A stretch of 248,000 nt of DNA from Rhodosorus marinus CCMP1338 (lineage: Eukaryota; Plantae; Rhodophyta): NCBI GenBank assembly GCA_029953675.1, contig JAMWBK010000008.1, positions 1,632,001-1,880,000 on the forward strand, read 5' to 3'. The position numbers and the translations under genes were made by a program. Positions 94,020 through 107,149 of this stretch are shown piece after piece. The notes under the pieces are model-generated. The model ran no database searches, was not told the DNA's origin, and was given only the letters and a program-made list of their open reading frames with translations. How positions within the stretch are numbered: position 1 is the stretch's first letter; each line of letters opens with the position of its first letter.

Positions 94020-96510
94020 ACTATGCCACCTGCTCGCCGGCTGCCCCGCTGTGAAAGGCGCCCGAGCCCGACGACATACGCGATCTTGAACCTGTTATAC
94101 CGCGAACTTCGACCTATCGTACGTCAAGCCGGTCTTGAAATTGAACGTGAGAAGCCCCGGGCTGTTGCAGGCTACCAGAATGATGAACACCGCGTGGCTG
94201 CCGTGTGGTCACCTGTGGCGATAGCCTCCGTACTACGTATGTTGATCTTGCTGTTCCTAGTCCTCAGGCTGGTCGCTATTTGCCGGCTGCGGGAGAGCGC
94301 CGTGGATTTGCTGCTGCCAATATGAGACGTCTCAACGAGTTGAAATATGCGGTAGCACTGTCTTCCCCATGCGTTCGTGCTTCGGCTCTAGCTCATCGCC
94401 TGGTACCTCTGGTCATTGAGTGCTTTGGGTTTATAGATTCCGTTGGTTCTCGTTGGCTTCGGAATTGTTCCGCGAACGCCCTGACCGTCTGTCCTCGTTG
94501 TTTACCCGTTTTAAGTTTCTTGCTATGGCGTGTGAACGCTGCTTTGATTTATGAGGCCACAATCTTCGCCGCACTTAGTCGTTTTTTTCCCCCCGAGGTT
94601 TCTTCTCTCAGGCCCGGATTAAACCAATTCATTCATTTTACTGTTCTAGATTGTCCAAGTGCTCGGCGATAGCATTGCCTCTTTTGGAACGAATCATACT
94701 GCTTGTTGGCGATCTGCTGGAAACGTAGTGTTTTTTCGGTTTTTGCGAAGTGCTATCGTAGATCACCTTATTCATCACGAGGGAGGGGTGGATTAGGCAA
94801 TGACCTCGCCGCATATCTGTTCGAAACAATATTTGAAGTAGCTGAAAACCTTTAAAAAATCAAGAACCAATAAACGGTCTCGTCGTGGAGTCCCGTACTT
94901 CAAATTCGTTTTGATCAATGCATCAAACAGGAATTCGGTTCCCCTACAATAGCATCCTTAGAACATGCCTCTGCATACTTGTCACTCGCAGGATCACCAC
95001 CCAGACTGCTGCACTTTTGGAGCGCAAGGTACGCACCCAAAGGATTTCGGGAGGGCACACGTCCGAACAGACAACTCTGGCGAAGTACTGCCCGCCTGGC
95101 AACAAACGCATAACACGCGGACATGGAGGGTGGGGAGGATTGCCCCCCGCGCTCGAGAGCAGTGTGTTATCTCAATATGGGGCATCCTTAGCCAATATTA
95201 AGTCGCGCTTCTTTCGCTTGCTTGAGACTGCATACGGTACCAGTCAGTCAAGTACAAGAGACCGGTCTGCAAGAACCCTGACGAGCATCCAAAGCCGATC
95301 CCTTTATTGGTCAAACAAAACCAAAAAAATCTTATGTTAATTGGTTTGTATATTTCTGTTAACTAATTAAAATGTGCTTAGTGTCCTTCCTCACCTATTC
95401 TGAAGCGACTGATTTGCTAGGAAATTACAGTTCATATCCGAAAAGAACGACTCGAATACTCCATTTTGAGAAGATCACGAACTGTTGATTAGTAAATCAT
95501 GTTAGTACCAAATGTTTACTATCAGGCATAGAGTTCAGAGCTTAGCGCGATGTCCACGCGGGTTTTCAAGCTTTTGGGTCTGCCACTGGCCCCTTGGCAC
95601 TCTAATCGCACTTCCCTTAGCCAAAGATGTGAGATTCGTATTGACGGTTGTGGCTACAACTTTCTGGGCTCGTGTGGACTATTGAGAGGCAACCGTACGA
95701 AATGTCACACCTGTCTGACATCCCGAGCGAACATTTGACCAGGGTGCACACGGTTGAGGTTGAATTACAACTGCACCAATCAGCCTCGGCCACTAGACCC
95801 GCCCCCGCGTTGCATAGCAGATCTGCTGGTATCGGACCCAGCCAGCAGACGCTCAGCATATGTGGACCTCGCTGTCTCATGCCCTGGGTCAAGTACCTAA
95901 CTCCCCACTGCAGCTCCCGGCGGGGGGCAGCAGCTTCCGTACCTCGCCGACTGAAGGAACGACACCATTGCCAGTCTCGCGTTGGCAGAAGGTTCCAGCC
96001 TTCCATTTTGGAAACTTTCGGTATTGGGAAGAGTCCAGCTTGGGAGAGGCAGCGGAAATGTTTTACTGACCAACGTGTTGAATATTTGGGACTTCTACGC
96101 CGTTTAAGTGTCGCTCCCCCTGGCGATGTTCTAGCAGCATGCTCGCCAACGCGCGACACCACCGCCTAGGCCTGCACGTTTTTCTCCCTAGTTCCATTTC
96201 CCTTTCCGCCGCGCTGCGTCGCGCTTCAGGCGATGCTAGTAAAACCACTTTTACTGGGAAAGCTTTGGTCATGTGGATAAGTCGGGTTTAGAGTGGTTGC
96301 GGAAATGTTTCGCTGAGCATCCTACTGAGTACTTGGCGCTTTGGCGGCGTTTCAGTGCCGCCCTGTGGCGATATTCTAGCAGCATGCGTGCCGAGGCGCG
96401 TCATCGGCGCCTGGGTTTGCACGCTTCCCTCCCTAGTTCTTAGTTCCTTTTCACGCCTTGCGTAGCGCTTCAGGCTATGCTAGTAAAGCCCCAGTACAAC
96501 CACCAACCGG
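94020..96510 (+). mobile_element. CRE-like family B fragment (94020-94640) and family A fragments (95540-96510)
   Basis: ORF 94205-94672; family-A tails at ~96235 and ~96480. Confidence 0.75.
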
Positions 96511-97342
96511 TATAAAGCCTCTCGACGGCAGTTCATGCCTACGCGGGCTTCGCCAAGTGTGTGAAACTGAGTACGTTCGGTAGTGACCTTGAGCAGGGAA
96601 AGGTATCGTAATTGGCTTGTACTCAACTGTTCCACTATTGCGAGCTAAACTGGTTTCTCCTAGTCTCGGGAACGCGCATTTCCCTTCCCACTCTCGCTAC
96701 GGTTCGTTAAGTAGAAACTGATGCTCACAAAAAATCTAAGGATTATTCTAAGCTTCTTGGACTACACAGCTCACTTTCGTCGTTCATTATTGAAGCATTC
96801 CGATCTCCGATGGTGGTTGGACCGGGATGCTGTCAAGACTCATCCACGTCGGCCACCACTCATGTAGTAAGATTTGTTGTGCTGCAAGGTTTTCACCCAC
96901 GCCCGTCTGGTTGGTTCCGCTACTTCCGTTCCTACGTGTCTGAGCAAACTCCTGTATTGGGGATTGTCTTCCTCAGTATCTAATCATCATCATAATCGTC
97001 GCACTGAGCTCCCCCCGCAGCATTCACCCTTGTCCAGGCACCAGTACTTGATACAAGCTTGCGGCGTGAGTTGTCGAGGGGAAATTTTATTGGAAGGGCA
97101 CTCTGTCTCCTTTGGGATTTGTGGGATTCTCTTTTGCTACCGTTTTGTTGTAGTGATGTTCTCGTTCAGTTGAACGTGAGTCTCTAGAAGAGATGTCACA
97201 TTCAAGGCCTTCGTCCTTGGGTAGGGTCGTCCGTCTTAAGGGTCATGCTTGAGAGCAGTTGAGATGCATCGTCGGGGATGAAGAAGCTGATTGTGATCAT
97301 TCTTTCACGGGATTCAAGTAGACTTGTTCGGCTTATTGTTTC

Positions 97343-98095
97343 TTGCAAGAGCTGATGGACTCGAAGCTGCTTGTCCCAGGGCTGCTGGTCTTCTTCGCTT
97401 TGGTTTACGGGCAAATTTCCTCTGATGGTTCAGGAGAAACTTGTATGGACTTTCTGCAAGGCGTCAAGCTTGGGACTGTTGAACATCGAGCGCTGTGTTC
97501 TGAAAGGTATTGTAGATATTTAATGGATGAAAAGGGTGTTGAAAGGGTCACTATGTGCGTGGGAAATCGAGTGATTGGGTACGGCAGGAGATGTGTGCAG
97601 ATTCGATTCGAACCAACGTTCCTGACCGATCCGTTGATTCGAGTCCGCGCTGGGATACATCCGAGTTGCGATTTGATTCCCGATGAGAGCGAGGGAAAGT
97701 TCCAGAAGGAAAGATCCACGGAGCAGCAGATGAGGAATATCCACAAACTGTTCCTATGCTTTGATGAAATCCCATCGAAGGAGGATTGTTGCGAGACCAA
97801 TCGATGCCTCATTGTGGAAGCCGATATCCATGACGTCGAGAGTGACGCTGAGGTCACTTCTACTCTATCCGACAAGCGATGCGGGGAGAAGAACAAGGGT
97901 TGGTGCCCTTTACGAATCGGTTGTGTGGATCCTACCCTGCAAACAACAGCCACAGCGACGGAACCGGTAGAACAGGCTCGGGACAGCACAGATTTGGAAC
98001 CAAAGCGTCAGGACGACGGCTTGGGGTTTATTGGGTACGTCGATTACGTTTATGAAAACGTCGATGGCGAGATGAAGAAGTTTAACATTTCTTGA
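97343..98095 (+). CDS. Secreted stand-alone Cys-rich module protein
   Basis: Signal peptide; same Cys spacing as the modules in the VWA and RTX genes (RAG...C, LFLCFD, CC...C). Confidence 0.75.
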   Translation: MQELMDSKLLVPGLLVFFALVYGQISSDGSGETCMDFLQGVKLGTVEHRALCSERYCRYLMDEKGVERVTMCVGNRVIGYGRRCVQIRFEPTFLTDPLIRVRAGIHPSCDLIPDESEGKFQKERSTEQQMRNIHKLFLCFDEIPSKEDCCETNRCLIVEADIHDVESDAEVTSTLSDKRCGEKNKGWCPLRIGCVDPTLQTTATATEPVEQARDSTDLEPKRQDDGLGFIGYVDYVYENVDGEMKKFNIS

Positions 98096-98801
98096 TTCTT
98101 GGAGGGTGGGCATCGAAGACAGCCACACAAAACGAGCTGTGATTGGGAGAGGACCGAGCTGGAGAGGAAGACGAACCTTGTGCGGGAATAACCCACAGAA
98201 AATGTCAAAAATTCTCTCCAAAAGAGGCTACGAAAACGAGTCCCAAGGATCTGCTTCCCTCCCCTGGAGAGTTTGCCGACGTAATCGCAGTGTACGACGT
98301 TGGCACTGGAAGCAGTTTACCAGTTGTTGATCAAACGAAATGGGATGTTGAACGTTCGCTGAAGGCGTGCGCAGAGTTTTGTTGAAGACGCGCAACGTTG
98401 ATTCAAGCACATGGGCCGAGCTCAAAGTTGGCAAAGTGTAACTGGAGTAGGACGGAGAAATCTCTCTCGTGGAGAACTGTGGTGGTAGAACCCGTCTTGT
98501 AGGGGTTCACTTCGTGTACAAACCAAGACTTTGATTATGGGTAGCAGCGTGCTATGCACGACACGAACCAGGCTCCTGGTAAGCCTTGCAAACCTTTGGG
98601 CTTGGTTTGTTACTCCGTATTCGGCACTGATCATCGAATCATGGGGAAAGGGGTCATGGATGAGACAGGGGAAACCGCTCGACAGGAGAAGTATGTCCAG
98701 TCTATATTTTGTTTTACTCTTTTCAGGGCGATTCTTTTAAAAAAAACAAGGGGTGGGGGTTGTCTGTCTGTACATTCCACCACAATACTGGCTAGACCTT
98801 T

Positions 98802-99713
98802 TTACGCCATCCGCTTCCAAGAGTCGAGCACCAGCTTCGCGAAGATCCCGGGGTATTCCGTTTCGGGCTGGTGAGCGGAGGAGCCCCCCAGGATCTCGAG
98901 GTTCAAGTTCGGAAAGTAGCTTCGGATCACTTCAATGTAAGAGCGCGGAAAGTAGGGATCCTCACCGCTGAAGACGAGAATGCCTTCGAAACTCTTCAGT
99001 TTTGCACGTAACGACTCGTGTATCTTCCGCAGGCTCGGAGTCGGGGAAATCAAAATCAAGTAGGGTTTCCTGTCCACAATCTTCTTGTTCTTTGACAAAA
99101 ACGTCATCACTACCTGAGCACCCCAGCTCCTCGCCACGATGACAATCTTCTGGTTCGGGTCTTCGCTGATGCCCTCCTCATCCATAAGAATTGAGATTGT
99201 CTGTGCGCCAGTATAAGCAGGAATATGCAGCGCGGTGTCGCTAGCAGTGGAGTTTCCGAATCCAGGCAGATCCATGAGATAAAACGAGCCCATCTTGTCA
99301 AACAGGCCCAGGTTCTTGAACCAGTGTTCAGCGCTCTGTGTCTCTCCGGGTCCATGCAAAGCAATGATCGAGACCTTGGACTCTGGTTTCTTGTGGTAGA
99401 GGTAGTGAATCGTTCCGTAGCGGAATTCGATGACGTTTGACTCAAGCTTGTTTTTGTCAAACGACGGCGCTTCAATATCCTCCACGACGGTGATCACCGA
99501 TTCCATACCTTGACGCATCCTGGGCAATGCCAACGAGAACACGGCGAACACCAGGAGGACAATCGCCAATACAACCGCCCATTGCGATTTGTACCAGACC
99601 TCACGCCGCAGCACCGTCGTCTTGGTCTGCACCCCCTCTCCGTTTTCAACTGCCATAAACGCCGTCGAATTGGCCATCTCTACCCCTAATCCAAGGAAAA
99701 CAAACTGCAACAA
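98802..99713 (-). CDS. Membrane-anchored alpha/beta hydrolase (ABHD14-like)
   Basis: TM helix; LHG, DLPGFG, ARSWG nucleophile elbow, C-terminal His. Confidence 0.8.
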   Translation of the reverse strand: MLQFVFLGLGVEMANSTAFMAVENGEGVQTKTTVLRREVWYKSQWAVVLAIVLLVFAVFSLALPRMRQGMESVITVVEDIEAPSFDKNKLESNVIEFRYGTIHYLYHKKPESKVSIIALHGPGETQSAEHWFKNLGLFDKMGSFYLMDLPGFGNSTASDTALHIPAYTGAQTISILMDEEGISEDPNQKIVIVARSWGAQVVMTFLSKNKKIVDRKPYLILISPTPSLRKIHESLRAKLKSFEGILVFSGEDPYFPRSYIEVIRSYFPNLNLEILGGSSAHQPETEYPGIFAKLVLDSWKRMA

Positions 99714-100541
99714 ACGTCACCCCACAACCAAACCAAACACAGAATTGTCTCTCTAAACACTACAACCCTATCATCCCCCCGCCCCGGCCCCCGCCCCCGC
99801 CCCCGCCCCCCGCCCTACCCCAAAAGAAAATCTGAATAACCACCACGAACAGCTAGCTCTCTCCACAGATCCCGCGCTTGGCTCTCCTTCACTCCTTCCC
99901 CTCACTCTCTCCCTTCCCCTTTTCCAACCAAAAGAAAAAACCTAAATATTTAATCCCAATCAAAGGAAATCCTCCTCACCACCCTAAAACTATAGGACGT
100001 GAATCCCAACGCAAAAAAAAAAACTTCAACACCTAGCCAGCAAAGCCACCGCACGGGCTGACCAAAAGCCACCCACCGCAGCTAAGCCACTCACTCAGTA
100101 GCCACCTCAGCTAGCCAGCCAGGAAGCACATCTCTGCCAGCCAAGCCGGTCAATCAGCCACTTCATCTACAGGAAAACAAAACAAAAAAACCCTTCGGCC
100201 AAAAAAACAGCTTAAAACAACGACAACAAAAAAATTGAAGTTTTTTGTCCCTCTGATTTTGCGGTTGCCACTGTGTCCTGTATACTGTGTCCCGTGTCTC
100301 CCCATCCCAAAGGCGTCTCTCTCCCCCCTCCCCATCCACACCCCCGTTGGCCAAGAAACCACTCCCTGGGGATGAATAATGACGGTTATGTCAACAAATC
100401 CACACACACAGCCCCCCCTGCTAGAATACCCGCCTTTGAAAAGTGCAATTGTTTTGGACCTTTTGACTGCGTGAACGGGCAGTTGTTGATGACCTGGGTG
100501 GGTGGGCCCTTTGGGAGAGAGCAGATGAATGGCTGAAGTTT

Positions 100542-101007
100542 ATAAAGTAACAAGAAACACAAGGAAAAAGCACAAAACACCCATCTTGTCAACAGGTTCA
100601 TAACCTGTGAGCCCAGTCGAGTTGCTCCTTGGAGATGTTCTTCAGGCCTTCGTGGTTGCATCGAAAACGCAGGATCAGACAGATGTCGCCCAAGCGCTGC
100701 GTGGCCTTGTACTCGGTTGCGTCGAGTTTGAATACCTTGGAGTAGTATTCTTCGAGCGATGAGACAACGCTAGGGCTACTCAGATGGCTTCGAAGAATAA
100801 TACTCCAAGATATTCAAACTCGACGCAACCGAGTACAAGGCCACGCAGCGCTTGGGCCACATCTGTCTGATCCTGAAGCATGAAAGCGTTTTCGATGCAA
100901 CCATCGAAGGCCTGATGAACATCTCCAAGGAGCAACTCGACTGGGCTCATAACCTGTTATCAAGATAGGTGTTTTGTGCCTTTTCCTTGTGTTTCTTGTT
101001 ACTTTAT
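100542..101007. repeat. Fold-back inverted repeat of a Copia LTR end/PBS/5' leader (~215-bp arms)
   Basis: 100542-100755 is the reverse complement of 100790-101007; contains PBS-like GGTTATGAGCCCAG. Confidence 0.85.
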
Positions 101008-101339
101008 CTTAGAGTCTCCCTCACTAGTATGACAATGACAATGAGCTTGACTCATATAAGCATCAAACTTGGTTAACCCCAATGCTTCTAAGCACTTCAG
101101 CAACGGGAAACCGCCGGGAAACTTTTTGGGGTGTGTGGGAAGGAGCAGGGGAGTTTGGCTAATCAAAAATACTGATTGAGGCGTTGGAGTCCAAAAAAAG
101201 ACTTGGTATGGCGCAATCTGGGTGATGGTCTGTGAAACTGGACTTTACTAGAGTCTGTGAAACTAGGACGGAATAATTTCCTTAATTGCTTTTTGTAAGT
101301 TGGGGTTCTTCTAAATTTCTCCGGGAACTAGTACCGGTT

Positions 101340-104300
101340 TGTCTATTGATCGATGACCCGTTAATTCAGAGCCTAACTACCCTAAGAAGCGAGAAACAAG
101401 ACGCTATTGACGCGCGTTCAAAGCAGCGTTGGAACGCCAGAGGGTCAAAGACAGCTCCGTGAGGAGGCTATCAAGACGACCTGGGTTGTTGCAAAGAGCG
101501 CACGAAGCCAACGACGACCTAAACTATCAACACGTGCTCGCTTTTCAGGGTAGTTTGGCTCTGAACAAACGGATGGATCAACAAACCCAAGGCACTCGAT
101601 GATGAGTGGAACAAACCGGTATTGATCAGATTCGGAGATCCGTTTATTCATCATCATCAGTCTATTCAGAGCCTAACTACCCGGAGAAAGGAGAAACAAG
101701 ACGCTCACGATGCGCGTCCAACAATAAATTAGCGTTGGAACGCCAGAGGGTCAAGGACAGATCCGCGAGGAGACTGTCAAGGTCCACTTCGTCATGTAAC
101801 CTCCGGGTGGTGTACAGGTGCACTTTTGATCCGCTTATTCGGAGCCTAACTACCCTGAGAAGCAAGAAACAAGACGCTGATAAACCAGAAGAAGAAGATG
101901 ACGGCTTGGAACCGGCGGGTGGTATAAGTCGTTTGCGCTCAAGATGATGCTGAAACGGACGTTGTAGCCGTGCCTTCGAGGCCGCCTGATCAGTCTGTTA
102001 CCCGGTCGGGTCCGGCCCATTCGAGGACGGGTCTCGTACAAAAACCCCTGTCTTGGGACCTACATCGGAACTCGTACGCCACCCTTCTGAGTTCGCCTTC
102101 CTCTCCCGCCTTCGACCTTGGCACGGCTCCGTGGTTTTTAGGGTAGTCTGAGCTCCCACTTCTTTACTGTCATTCCTGCCTACCCGCGGTTTTTTGTGAC
102201 AGACTTCGAGCTCGTGCGAACTTGCGGTTGTACCCAGGGTCACAACCCCCATGGCCTGCGCACAGGGATTCGAGGTTCAAGGGGCCCGGACCGGACGCCA
102301 TACGCGGCTCAACCGCCTGCTTTTCCACTAGCCTCGTTCTCTATCGCTCGGTACGGACGAGAAGTGGAATATCAGGTCCCTCTGGCGGTGGCAACGAAAG
102401 CTGCTGACGAGAGTGACGCCCCAGCGGTACAGCGTGTGGCAGATCTCGATGTAAGCAGCATTTGAGCGCCACAAGGTCAAAGAAAGCTCCGTGAGCAGAC
102501 TATCTAGACGCCCTGGGTCGTTGCGAAAGAGACCTCGCAGCCAGCGAGAACCTACACTATGTATCAAGCCAAAGCATTCAATAATGAGGGGGACAAACCG
102601 GTATGTCACCGCCGAATCGCGAAAAGTAGGGTTTGACATCGCTGCGGCGTACTGCGATTCTTTCACATTCCGCATGGACTGAGCTGCAGCTCCTCGACGC
102701 GCAGCGGACGCAGGCAGGTACCTGGTCGCCTGAGGACAAGGGATGGAGAGGTCAATGTACTCACGGCGACGCACATTTAGGTCAGACACAACGAGATCCG
102801 CCACCCGCCGCCGCGTGCTATGATTCTTTCACATGCCGCATGGACGGAGCTGCAGCTCCTCGACGCCCAGCGGACGCAGGTAGGTGCCTGGTCCCCTGAG
102901 GACAAGGGATGTAGAGGTCAATGTACTCACGGCGACGCGCGTTTAGGTCATTGCTAGTCTCCTCACGGAGCTGTCCTTGACCTTATGGCGTTCCAACGCG
103001 GCTTTATTGTTCGACGCGCGTCATCAGCGTCTTGTTTCTCGCTTCTCAGCGTAGTTAGGCTCTGATAAACTGATGATAATGAGTTTTCTTTGACAAGGTG
103101 GCGCTCCAATTCTGCTTTGTTTGTGGACGCGCGTCATCAGCGTCTTGTCTCTCGCTTCTCAGGGTACTTAGCCTCTGAATAAACGGATCATCATCGTTAT
103201 AAGGCCTCAGCTCCCGCTTCTTCACGGTCATACTGCGTACCCGTGGTTGGCGCTTACCGATCTCGAACTACGTGTAAGCTTACGACTGCACCTGGGGTTG
103301 CCGCAACCTCCTTGTCCTGCTGAGCGGGATTCTCGATGTCCATTGTGCGGGGCGAATGTGCCTTGGGTGATAATGGTGCGCAGTGTTGGCGTCTTGTGCG
103401 GAGGTTCAAGGGGCCCGGACCAGACGCCATACACGGCTCAACCGCTTGTTTTCCCGCTACCTTCGTTCTCAACGTGCGCACGCGTTGATGTCCTGGGCGG
103501 AGGTTCAAGGGGCCCGGACCAGACGCCATACGCGGCTCAACCGCTTGCTTTTCCGCTACCTCATTCTCAATCGCTCGGTACCGACCGAGAAGTGGAGTAT
103601 CAGCTCTCTCTGGCGGTGGCTACGGAAATTGCTGACGAGGATCCGCCACCCCAGCGGTACAGGGGTGGCGGATCTCGTTGTGTCTGACCTAAATACGCGT
103701 CGCAGTGAGTACATCGACCTCTCAATCCCTTGTCCTCAGGCGACCAGGTACCTGCCTGCGTCCGCTGCGCGTCGAGGAACTGCAGCTCGGTCCATGCGGC
103801 ATGTGAAAGAATCGCAGTACGCCGCAGCGATGTCAAACCCTACTTTTCGCGATTCGGCGGTGACGTACCGGTTTGTCCCACTCATTATTGAATGCTTTGG
103901 CTTGACAGATAGTGTAGGTTCTCGTTGGCTGCGAGATATCTTTCGCAACGACCCAGGGCGTCTAGATAGCTGCTCACGGAGCTGTCTTTGACCCTGTGGC
104001 GCTGAAATGCTGCTTTGCTTTTAGACACGCGTCATCAGCGTCTTGTCTCTCGCTTCTCGGGGTAGTTAGCCTCAGAATAAACGTTAAGAAAAAATCGAGT
104101 CGGAGAGCCTGGAAGGGTTTTCTTCAACACATGTCATCAGAGTCTTGTCTCTCGCTTCTCAGGGTAGTTAGGCTCTGAATAAACGTGAAGGAGATCATTG
104201 TCTCTCGCTTCTCAGGGTAGTTAGGCTCTGAATAAACCAAAAGAAGATCATCATCGACCGGGAGGTGGAGTATGAGGTGCCCCTGCCGGTGGCAACGGCA

Positions 104301-105370
104301 AATACTGAAGTGGCTGATGCCCCGGTGGTGCAACGGGTGTCGGACCTACTGGTCACTGATCTGAGTCCTCGTCGGAGTGAGTACTTCGACCTTTCTATCC
104401 CTTGCCCTCACTCAGGCTGCCAGATCTGGTATACCTGCCAGCGTATGTCTGCTCGACGCCTAGGCGCTGCAGCTCGGTCAATGCGGCAACTCAAGGAATC
104501 CCAGTACGCTGCGGCTATGTTAGACTCTACGTTTCGCGATTCGGCATTGTCCTAGCGGTTTGTTCCACTCGTCACAGAGTACTTACGTTTAGTTGATAGT
104601 GTAGGTTCTCGTTGGCTTCGTGGCCTCTTTCGGACCAACCCAGGTCGTTTTGATAGCCTGCTCACGGCGCGTTATCAGCGTCTTCTCTCTCGCTTCTCAG
104701 GGTATAACTACCCTGAGAAGCGAGAGAGAAGACGCTGATAGGCTCTGAATAAACGGATCGAGATGTCCTTGACCTTGTGGCGCTACAACGCTGCTTTACT
104801 GTTGGACGCGCGTCAGCGGCGTCTTGTTTCTCGCTTGTCCGGGTAGTTTGGCTCTGAATAAACGGATCATCAAAGACCCCGAGGGGTCTCATGATCACCA
104901 TCATCCGTGGTCTCCCTGCTGGACACCGACCGGACACCGACCCGCATTTATTTGGATGAGTAACTCGTGGGTAGTAATGAAGGCTGGAGCGTCCCGAACC
105001 TAATCTTAGAAATGTATTGAACAAGTTTCGCAAAAACCAAAGGGTTTTAAGGCAGTGATGCTTCTCGCTCGCTTCGTCGTTTTTTTCCTCGAGCCCCGGG
105101 CCGCCTTGACAGCCTCCTCACGGAGCTATAACTAGGCTTGTGCGAAGTGGGTTGGGTTTTTCGCAGTTTTCCGACCCAGAAGTGGTTAAACCCGCGAAAA
105201 CAGGGGGATTGAGGGGGATATACAGCCAAAAACCCGACCCACTGTGCACAACCCTACTAAAACTGAGTCTCTAGCGTTCGAATGCTGACTTGTTGTTCGA
105301 CGCGCGTCATCATCATCAGCGTCTCCCCTTTCCGCTCCTCATGGTAGATAGTCTCTGAATAAATTGTTGT
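101340..105370. mobile_element. Dense array of CRE-like family C 3' ends in both orientations
   Basis: Roughly a dozen copies of GTCTTGTTTCTCGCTTCTCAGGGTAGTTAGGCTCTGAATAAAC or its reverse complement. Confidence 0.85.
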
Positions 105371-105479
105371 TGTTGAACTAAGATATTGCGAGGTAGCTCT
105401 GTCTTGTACGACCTCTCTTTTCGCTTTTTACTAAAGGAGACCGGGCTTAGCTACCAACACTCGCGCATCAAGAATTTTT

Positions 105480-106500
105480 TTCGTCGCGCAAGCGACTTTT
105501 CCCCGGTTTGCACGCTTCCCTCCCTAGTTCTAAGTTCCTTTTCACGCCTTGCGTAGCTCTTCAGGCTATGCTAATAAAGCCCTACCTAGTTCCTAGTGCC
105601 TTTTAACGGTTTGCGTAGCGCTGTAGGCTATGCTAATTAAGCCAATAAAGCCCAGTACCACCGCCGCTCGCCTCCGCGGCATGGGAGGCCATCTTTCACA
105701 TTTGTGGTTAACGGCCCTGCCGTCATCACTGGGTCACCGTCTGGATGCCTTCCAGTTTCGCTCTGCCGCACGGATTTACCTGGGTTTGCCACAAGCTCCG
105801 TGGCATTTCTAATCGGCCGTCTTTCTGTTAGGGATGTGAGAGTTGGATCGATGCTTGTAGTTACCATTTCTTAGGTTCATGCGGACTGTTGAGAGGTCTT
105901 CGTACGAGGCGTCACACTCGCTTCAAGTACATTCTCAGCGAATGTCTGACTCGGGTAGGGCATACGGTTGAGGTGGAATCGGAACTACCCAGATCGGTCT
106001 CAGATAGGGCACCGCCCCGCTGTATCGCAGATCTCCTCGTCTCCGATGCTGCCGCCAGACGCTCAGCATATGTTGACCTCGCGATTACATGCCCTGTGGC
106101 AAGCGCCCATCTCACGGCTGCCGCCCGTCGCCGGGGAGCAGCTGCTTCGGCCCTTCGGCACGTGAAGGAACGACGGTATGCTGAGAGTATGGCCAGCCTG
106201 CCTCGCGCTGAGGGTCGCTCCCACTGGTTCCAGCCTTTCATTGTGCAAAGCTTTGGCCACGTGGAGAAGTCGGGTTTGGAGTGGTTGCGGAAATGTTTCA
106301 CTGAGCATCCTGTTGAATACTTGGAACTTTTGCGGCGCTTAAGTGTCTCTCTGTGGCGATATTCGAGCAGCATGCTTGCCGAGGCGCGCCATCGGCGCCT
106401 GGGTTTGCACGCTTCCCTACCTAGTTCTTAGTTCCTTTTAACGGTTTGCGTAGCGCTGGAGGCTATGCTAATAAAGCCAGTAGGCTAATAAAGCCTAGTT
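105480..106500 (+). mobile_element. CRE-like family A nested copies
   Basis: ORF 105889-106431 endonuclease domain. Confidence 0.85.
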
Positions 106501-107149
106501 GAACTAGTTTTGCGTTAACTTCTTGCCTTGCAAGCCTCCAATCGGGAAGGCTGATTCCCAGTAACCGTGAACGCTTTACTAAAGAACTCCCTATTGGAGC
106601 TGCCAAGAGGGAATATTCTTTAAAAAACACCGAACGGGTTGTGTGGCTACGCTCTACTAGAGGGCGATCTCATAGTTCCCTTCGTCAATTCGGCGTCCCT
106701 GCTTAGCAAGCAGTGAGTGCACCTTTCCTATGAGTGCTCACTGTTTGAGCGTCGCATGTGCTTCGCTGACTTGTGTGGATTGGTGCTGCAAGTGTAGAGT
106801 CACCTCTTTTAAGAATTGATCAGCTTTGTTTTCCCATCCTCAGGAACGCCTCCACGCAGGAGGGCACAAAAACGTCGTCATTGTGGGCTCCATCGCGTCC
106901 CGGCATTTCAACTCCTTAAACTACTCCGCCTTGTGGGCAGTGTTCCCTGTCTCCCAGGACGCGTTGATTAGGTAGGTCTTTTGCAGCGGCGAGCTCGCTT
107001 AACCCAAAAACTCGCCCTAGACAACGTGCGGTTCATCGCGAGACCCTCCGCTCAGGGTTGTGGGGTCTGGGCTAGATGGCGCTGTAACGTTGCCCTAGTT
107101 TTGGAGGCGCGCTCTCTACGCCCTTCCTAGAATAGTTCATTCAGGGACC

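Noticed and set aside
101340-105370. CRISPR-like repeat-spacer array
   Set aside because: The repeats are retrotransposon 3' ends in mixed orientation with irregular spacing; the intervening DNA derives from the same element; there are no cas genes.
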